64,000 nt of DNA from Balneola sp. (GTDB lineage: Bacteria > Bacteroidota > Rhodothermia > Balneolales > Balneolaceae), in contig JAYPBC010000006.1 of assembly GCA_038124025.1 (NCBI GenBank), positions 22,516 to 86,515 on the forward strand, written 5' to 3'. The notes below the pieces were generated by a model. The model did no database searches. It was not told the DNA's origin and worked only from the letters and a program-made list of their open reading frames with translations. Below are positions 58,827-64,000 of the stretch, piece by piece. The position numbers and the translations under genes are program-made. The number at the start of each line of letters is the position of its first letter. Position 1 is the first letter of the stretch.

Positions 58827-59990
58827 ATGAATATTATTGAAAGTTTTAGATGGTATGGCCCAAAAGATTCGGTATCTTTGGATGATATCAAACAAGCTGG
58901 AGCTAAAGGAATAGTCTCTGCCCTACATGATATTCAAAATGGTGAATCATGGCCTTTAGAAAATATATTATTACATAAAAATCAAATTGAAGCCAAGAAT
59001 CTTGAGTGGCTTGTAGTTGAAAGTGTACCTGTGCATGAAAATATCAAAATGCAAATAGGTAATTATGAACACTATATAAACAATTATAAATTAACTCTTG
59101 AAAACTTAGGGAAAATAGGAATATCTACGGTATGCTTTAATTTTATGCCTGTTCTTGACTGGACAAGAACTGACATCAACTATACCTTAGAGGATGGTTC
59201 AAAGGCACTAAGATTTGACATTATCGATATTGCGGTTTTTGATCAATATATATTAAAGAGGTACAAATCTACAATTAGCTATTCTGATAGTATTAATAAA
59301 TTAGCTGAAGATAGATTTTCTCGAATGTCGGCTAAGTCTATAGATGAGTTAAAGAATGTGATTTTGGCGGGACTTCCTGGTTCAGAAGAAACCTATTCTA
59401 TAGAGACATTTAGAACCATGATCGATGCCTATAGCTTAATTTCTCATGAGCAATTAAGATCAAATTTAATTCACTTTTTGAGTGAAATCATTCCAGTTGC
59501 AGAGAAGTTTTCTATTAAACTTGCAATTCATCCAGATGACCCCCCATTTGATATTTTTGGATTACCAAGAATTGTTTCAACCAAAAAAGATCTAGAATTC
59601 ATTTATGAAAGACTCCCATCGAATTCTAATGGGCTTTGCTTTTGTTCAGGTTCACTCGGGGCAACCAAGAAGAATGATTTAATAGATATAATAAATACAT
59701 TTTCAACTAGGATACATTTTTTTCATTTAAGATCAGTTAAACATGGGCATGAAGGATCTTTTTATGAAGCAAATCATTTGGAAGGTGATACCAATCTCGT
59801 AGCAATAATGAAAGCAATCATAGATAATGAAGGATATGCTTCGGATGCAAAGATACCTATGCGACCTGATCATGGGCATCAAATGCTAGATGATCTTAAT
59901 AAAGATCAAAATCCTGGTTACTCTGCAATAGGTAGATTAAAAGGTCTCGCGGAATTGCGCGGTTTAGAGATAGGTTTGCGCTATCGATAA
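58827..59990 (+). CDS. uxuA: mannonate dehydratase
   Basis: N-terminal ESFRWYGPKD, then FNFMPVLDWTRTD and HPDDPP. Confidence 0.92.
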   Translation: MNIIESFRWYGPKDSVSLDDIKQAGAKGIVSALHDIQNGESWPLENILLHKNQIEAKNLEWLVVESVPVHENIKMQIGNYEHYINNYKLTLENLGKIGISTVCFNFMPVLDWTRTDINYTLEDGSKALRFDIIDIAVFDQYILKRYKSTISYSDSINKLAEDRFSRMSAKSIDELKNVILAGLPGSEETYSIETFRTMIDAYSLISHEQLRSNLIHFLSEIIPVAEKFSIKLAIHPDDPPFDIFGLPRIVSTKKDLEFIYERLPSNSNGLCFCSGSLGATKKNDLIDIINTFSTRIHFFHLRSVKHGHEGSFYEANHLEGDTNLVAIMKAIIDNEGYASDAKIPMRPDHGHQMLDDLNKDQNPGYSAIGRLKGLAELRGLEIGLRYR

Positions 59991-60008
59991 ATTAGAACCA
60001 GTTTTATT

Positions 60009-61412
60009 ATGAAGACTTTCTTAAATGATAATTTTTTTCTGAATAATTCTACAGCAGAATGGCTTTATCATGATGTAGTAAAATCATTGCCTATAATTGA
60101 TTTCCACAATCATCTTTCTCCTAAAGATATTGCAGATAATACGCAGTTTGAAAACTTTACCCAAGCTTGGTTAACGGACGATCATTATAAATGGAGAGCT
60201 ATGAGAGCTCTAGGAATTGATGAAGAATATATTACCGGTTCAGCATCTGATGAAGATAAATTTATAGCATGGTCCAGTTGTGTTCCTCATTTATTTCGTA
60301 ATCCACTATATCACTGGACTCATCTTGAGTTAAAGAGATACTTTGATGTGCATGATCTATTGTCAGAAGAAACAGGTAGAAAAATTTATAGACAAGTAAA
60401 TAGTTTTCTGAGCACAAAGAAGTTCTCAGTAAGAGAGTTATTAAAGAAAATGAAAGTTCAAGTGCTATGTACTACTGACGATCCATTGGATACGTTGATA
60501 TATCATGATCAAATTCTTCTAGACAAACAAATAGATATTCAAGTTCGCCCAACATTTAGACCAGATAAAGCAATTAATGTTCACGATGAAAATCATTTTA
60601 GGAACTACATCAGAGAGATTGAGGTAGAATCTAATGAAAATATTTCTAGTCTTGATCATTATTTGGTTTTTCTGAAATCTAGGCATGATTACTTTCATGA
60701 AAAAGGCTGTAGACTTTCAGACCATGGTCTATCAGTGTTTAGTTACATAAACAACAACAAACTAATTGCTTCATCAACATTTGCAAAATTATTAGAAGAA
60801 GAAAAAGTATCAAAAAAAAGTAAAAATCAACTCCAAGGATTTTTATTGTATACAATAGCTAGTTGGAATTATGAAAAAGAATGGGTTCAACAATTTCATA
60901 TTGGAGCATTGAGAAATAATTCGACTAGATTATTGGAAAAATTAGGACTTGATGCTGGAAGTGATTCAATTGGAGGATTTGATCACACTGTATCAATTTC
61001 AAAATTTATTGATTCACTCGATAAGAATGATACCCTTACAAAATCTATACTGTATAATTTAAATCCAGTCGATAACTCAATTTTTACAACCATGGCGGGT
61101 AATTTCAATAGTGGTTACAACAATGAAATAATTAAGATTGGTGCGCCTTGGTGGTATTTAGATCAATATCATGGAATTAAAGAACAAATAAATGCGATAT
61201 CTGCATTTGGAATTTTAAGCAACTTCATAGGGATGGTAACAGACTCAAGATCTTTTCTTTCATTTTCTAGGCATGAATATTTCAGACGAATACTTTGTCA
61301 GGTCATTGCAGATGATGTTGAAAATGGTTTAATACCGTACGATAAAGATCTATTAATTGAGCTAGTGGAGGGTATTTCTTACAAAAACGCAAAAAAATTT
61401 CTTTCTTTTTAA
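60009..61412 (+). CDS. uxaC: glucuronate isomerase
   Basis: Motifs PIIDFHNHL, DHYKWRAMRA and QFHIGALRN. Confidence 0.93.
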   Translation: MKTFLNDNFFLNNSTAEWLYHDVVKSLPIIDFHNHLSPKDIADNTQFENFTQAWLTDDHYKWRAMRALGIDEEYITGSASDEDKFIAWSSCVPHLFRNPLYHWTHLELKRYFDVHDLLSEETGRKIYRQVNSFLSTKKFSVRELLKKMKVQVLCTTDDPLDTLIYHDQILLDKQIDIQVRPTFRPDKAINVHDENHFRNYIREIEVESNENISSLDHYLVFLKSRHDYFHEKGCRLSDHGLSVFSYINNNKLIASSTFAKLLEEEKVSKKSKNQLQGFLLYTIASWNYEKEWVQQFHIGALRNNSTRLLEKLGLDAGSDSIGGFDHTVSISKFIDSLDKNDTLTKSILYNLNPVDNSIFTTMAGNFNSGYNNEIIKIGAPWWYLDQYHGIKEQINAISAFGILSNFIGMVTDSRSFLSFSRHEYFRRILCQVIADDVENGLIPYDKDLLIELVEGISYKNAKKFLSF

Positions 61413-61428
61413 CTAATAGGTTCAAATT

Positions 61429-62466
61429 ATGAATTCAGTAATTACTTTTGGTGAAATGATGCTTCGATTAAGTACTCCTAATTATGAGCGTTTTTCTCAA
61501 TCGAATTCCTTTAATGTACATTATGGTGGTGGAGAGTCAAATGTAGCCATATCGCTAGCTAATTTTGGAATCTCTGTGGAATTTGTCACTCAGTTCCCTA
61601 AAAATGATTTAGCTGAGGCTGCATTTTTGGAATTAAGAAAACGTGGTGTTGGCACTCAAAATATTATACGAGGTGGCGAAAGGCTAGGAATTTATTTCTT
61701 GGAAACAGGAGCGGTAGCACGAGCAAGTAATGTCATTTATGATAGAATGAATTCATCATTCTCTGAGGTAAAACCTGGTATGTTTAATTGGGGTTCTATT
61801 TTTGAGAAGGCATCATGGTTTCATTGGACTGGTATATCACCGGCTGTTTCACAATCAGCTGCTGATACATGTTTAGAAGCAATAATTGCTGCAAAAGAAC
61901 TAGGTATTACAATCTCAACTGATCTTAATTACCGTAAAAAATTATGGAAATATGGAAAAAGAAGTAATGACATCATGGAAGAATTAACTAAATACTGTGA
62001 TATCATTTTAGGTAATGAAGAGGACGCGAAAAAGCACTTTAATATTCATCCAGAAGATGTGGATGTTAGGGATGCTCAATCAATTGATGCAATTAGATAT
62101 CAATCAGTATGTAGACAGTTGAAAGAAAAATTTCCAAATGCCAAGAAAATTATCACCACACTTCGTGGATCAACTAATGCCAATTACAATACTTGGTCAG
62201 GTATTCTTTACAATGGAAAAGATTTTTATACAGCCCCAGTCTATAATATCACAGATATAGTTGATAGAGTAGGCAGTGGTGATTCATTTATGGCTGGATT
62301 AATTTATGGTTTGATGACATGGCCTGAAGATGACGAAAAAGCACTTCATTTCGCAACTGCTGCATCATGTTTGAAACATACTATACATGGAGATGCAAAT
62401 TTAGTATCAATAGATGAGGTGAATAAATTAATGTCGGGAGATCAATCGGGAAGAGTTTCTAGGTAG
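61429..62466 (+). CDS. kdgK: 2-dehydro-3-deoxygluconokinase (PfkB family)
   Basis: PfkB motifs (GGGESNVA, and DRVGSGDSF as the anion-hole/catalytic Asp). Located between uxaC and eda. Confidence 0.85.
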   Translation: MNSVITFGEMMLRLSTPNYERFSQSNSFNVHYGGGESNVAISLANFGISVEFVTQFPKNDLAEAAFLELRKRGVGTQNIIRGGERLGIYFLETGAVARASNVIYDRMNSSFSEVKPGMFNWGSIFEKASWFHWTGISPAVSQSAADTCLEAIIAAKELGITISTDLNYRKKLWKYGKRSNDIMEELTKYCDIILGNEEDAKKHFNIHPEDVDVRDAQSIDAIRYQSVCRQLKEKFPNAKKIITTLRGSTNANYNTWSGILYNGKDFYTAPVYNITDIVDRVGSGDSFMAGLIYGLMTWPEDDEKALHFATAASCLKHTIHGDANLVSIDEVNKLMSGDQSGRVSR

Positions 62467-62472
62467 GAGATA

Positions 62473-63147
62473 ATGATGGCAAATTTTACAAGAATAGATG
62501 TGTTTAATGAAATGAAAAAAAGTGGTATAGTGCCCGTTTTTTATCATCCAAATTTGATGATTTGTAAACGAATTGTACGACTTTGTTATAATGCAGGCTT
62601 TACTGTTTTTGAATTTACAAATCGAGGAGAACAGGCCAACTTAATTTTTAAAGAACTTATTGAATATGTTCGTGAAGAATTTGAAGATTTAATGTTAGGT
62701 ATTGGCTCTGTAGTGGATGCTTCAACAGCCGCATATTATATTGGAATAGGTGCAGATTTTGTTGTCTCACCAATACTATCAAGTGAAATGGCAAAAGTAT
62801 GTAATCGCCAAAAAATTGGATGGATACCCGGATGTGGAACGCTTACAGAAATTTCAAATGCTGAAACGATGGGTGCTGAAGTGATAAAAATTTTCCCAAG
62901 TTTATCAGTAGGTGGTCCTCAATTTGTTAAAGATATAAAAGGCCCATCTCCATGGACAAGTATTATGCCAACAGGTGGAGTTACAACTGAAAAAGATAAT
63001 TTATATTCATGGTTTGAAGCAGGTGTTCATTGTGTAGGAATTGGTTCTAATCTAATACCAAATGAAATGATAAATGATGAAAATACACTCCAGGAATATC
63101 TGATTGAAGTTTCAAAAAATCTTAAACAAGTGAGATCTAACCTTTGA
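62473..63147 (+). CDS. eda: KDPG / 4-hydroxy-2-oxoglutarate aldolase
   Basis: Class I aldolase pattern (EFTNR, VIKIFP with the Schiff-base Lys, PTGGV). Confidence 0.85.
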   Translation: MMANFTRIDVFNEMKKSGIVPVFYHPNLMICKRIVRLCYNAGFTVFEFTNRGEQANLIFKELIEYVREEFEDLMLGIGSVVDASTAAYYIGIGADFVVSPILSSEMAKVCNRQKIGWIPGCGTLTEISNAETMGAEVIKIFPSLSVGGPQFVKDIKGPSPWTSIMPTGGVTTEKDNLYSWFEAGVHCVGIGSNLIPNEMINDENTLQEYLIEVSKNLKQVRSNL

Positions 63148-64000
63148 GAACTTATCTAAAATTGATACTTAGTGTTATTGTTTTGATAGTTGGTTGTAAA
63201 CCAAAACAAAATATTAAAACTTTGAAGCTTGGTCACGGACTTGATGTCAGTCATCCTGTTCATAAAGGAATTGTTTTTTTTGCAGAGGATCTCAATAAAA
63301 GATCAAATGGATCCTTGATTATAAAGATTTATCCTAATGGGCAACTTGGCGATGAAAGAGAGCTTCTTGAGTTACTTCAAATTGGTAGTTTAGAGATAAC
63401 AAAAGTAAATGCAGCTGTACTTGAGAATTTTGTTCCTGACTACAAGGTGCTTTCAATCCCTTATCTATTTAGAAGTAGAGAGCATGCGTATCAATTTTAT
63501 GGTAGTGAGTTGGGTCAAAGCTTATTAACAAAAGGGGAGTCTGTTCGTCTCAGAGGATTATGCTATTACGATGCAGGCAGTAGGTCATTTTATACTACAG
63601 AAAAACCTATTTACTCAGCTACTGATCTAAGAGGATTAAAAATTAGGACTCAAAAGTCAAATATGGCAATTCAAATGATTCGTCATTTAGATGCATCACC
63701 AACCCCAATTGATTGGAGTGAATTATATACTGCACTTCAACAAGGAGTCGTTGATGGGGCTGAAAACAATTTGCCATCTTTTTTTCTATCTAAACACTAT
63801 GAAATATCGCCCTACTTAACACTTGATGAGCATACACGTATTCCGGATATACTTGTAATAGGTTCAAGTATATGGAATAGTCTAAGTGAAAAAGAGCAGA
63901 AATGGATTTTAGATTCAGCAAAAGCGTCTTCTCAGATACAAAAAAAACTATGGAAAGAGGCTGAAAATTTAGCTCTTTCCGAACTTTTAAAAGAAAATGT
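63144..64000 (+). CDS. dctP: TRAP transporter substrate-binding protein (DctP family), lipoprotein-type; 3' end beyond the window
   Basis: I translated this frame by hand and it is open from 63141 to the window end: (TTG)RTYLKLILSVIVLIVGC/KPKQ..LKLGHGLDVSHPVHKG...QLGDEREL...RIPDI. The TTG at 63144 overlaps the eda stop; the TTG at 63162 is an alternative. It is not in the ORF track because no stop codon is reached. Confidence 0.8.
   Translation, partial: MRTYLKLILSVIVLIVGCKPKQNIKTLKLGHGLDVSHPVHKGIVFFAEDLNKRSNGSLIIKIYPNGQLGDERELLELLQIGSLEITKVNAAVLENFVPDYKVLSIPYLFRSREHAYQFYGSELGQSLLTKGESVRLRGLCYYDAGSRSFYTTEKPIYSATDLRGLKIRTQKSNMAIQMIRHLDASPTPIDWSELYTALQQGVVDGAENNLPSFFLSKHYEISPYLTLDEHTRIPDILVIGSSIWNSLSEKEQKWILDSAKASSQIQKKLWKEAENLALSELLKEN

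Overview
A 64 kb chromosomal segment from a bacterium that looks like the FCB group (Bacteroidota/Balneolota-like). That placement is inferred from the dcw gene order without murF or ddl, short leaders, a TTTG-N21-TAnnTTTG promoter-like motif, and many lipoproteins. I could not run any search, so all family calls rest on motifs I recognise by eye.

Gene content, left to right:
- 1-13.4 kb: housekeeping and transport genes (a 5'-truncated ORF, SLC13 transporter, WbqC-like, gltX, nhaC, thioredoxin-fold protein plus DtxR-type repressor, PD40 lipoprotein, mutS2, PhzF, TauE).
- 13.6-29.2 kb, minus strand: a complete, tightly packed dcw cluster, mraZ-rsmH-ftsL-ftsI-murE-mraY-murD-ftsW-murG-murC-ftsQ-ftsA-ftsZ. 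Upstream sits a TTGACA/TACATT promoter with three 10-bp-phased GTGGG (MraZ-type) boxes.
- 29.6-32.2 kb: metY-metX behind a clear SAM-I riboswitch. The ORF track hides it inside a false N-terminal extension of metY.
- 32.3-42 kb: pdxJ-era, NlpC/P60, an alternative GlmU-like gene divergent from glmS, YdeI, ElaA, a DUF360 protein, an IDH-like dehydrogenase and cryptochrome DASH.
- 42.1-47 kb: a 48-aa DUF2256 zinc-ribbon gene missing from the ORF track, which converges on and overlaps a minus-strand run of DUF6580, DUF4956, HlyD-like, TolC-like and SDR genes.
- 47-54.6 kb: YceI, YihY, mutS, a GntR-family gene followed after 3 nt by an SF1B helicase gene, then tRNA-Gly(GCC).
- 54.7-64 kb: a visibly more AT-rich glucuronide/hexuronate utilisation block (GH144-like, GH2 beta-glucuronidase-like, uxuB-uxuA-uxaC-kdgK-eda, TRAP dctP).

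I found no CRISPR array, transposase, integrase or recognisable defence system. The most novel candidates are the pump-less DUF4956/MFP/OMF operon and the GntR-helicase module. Both are hypotheses.
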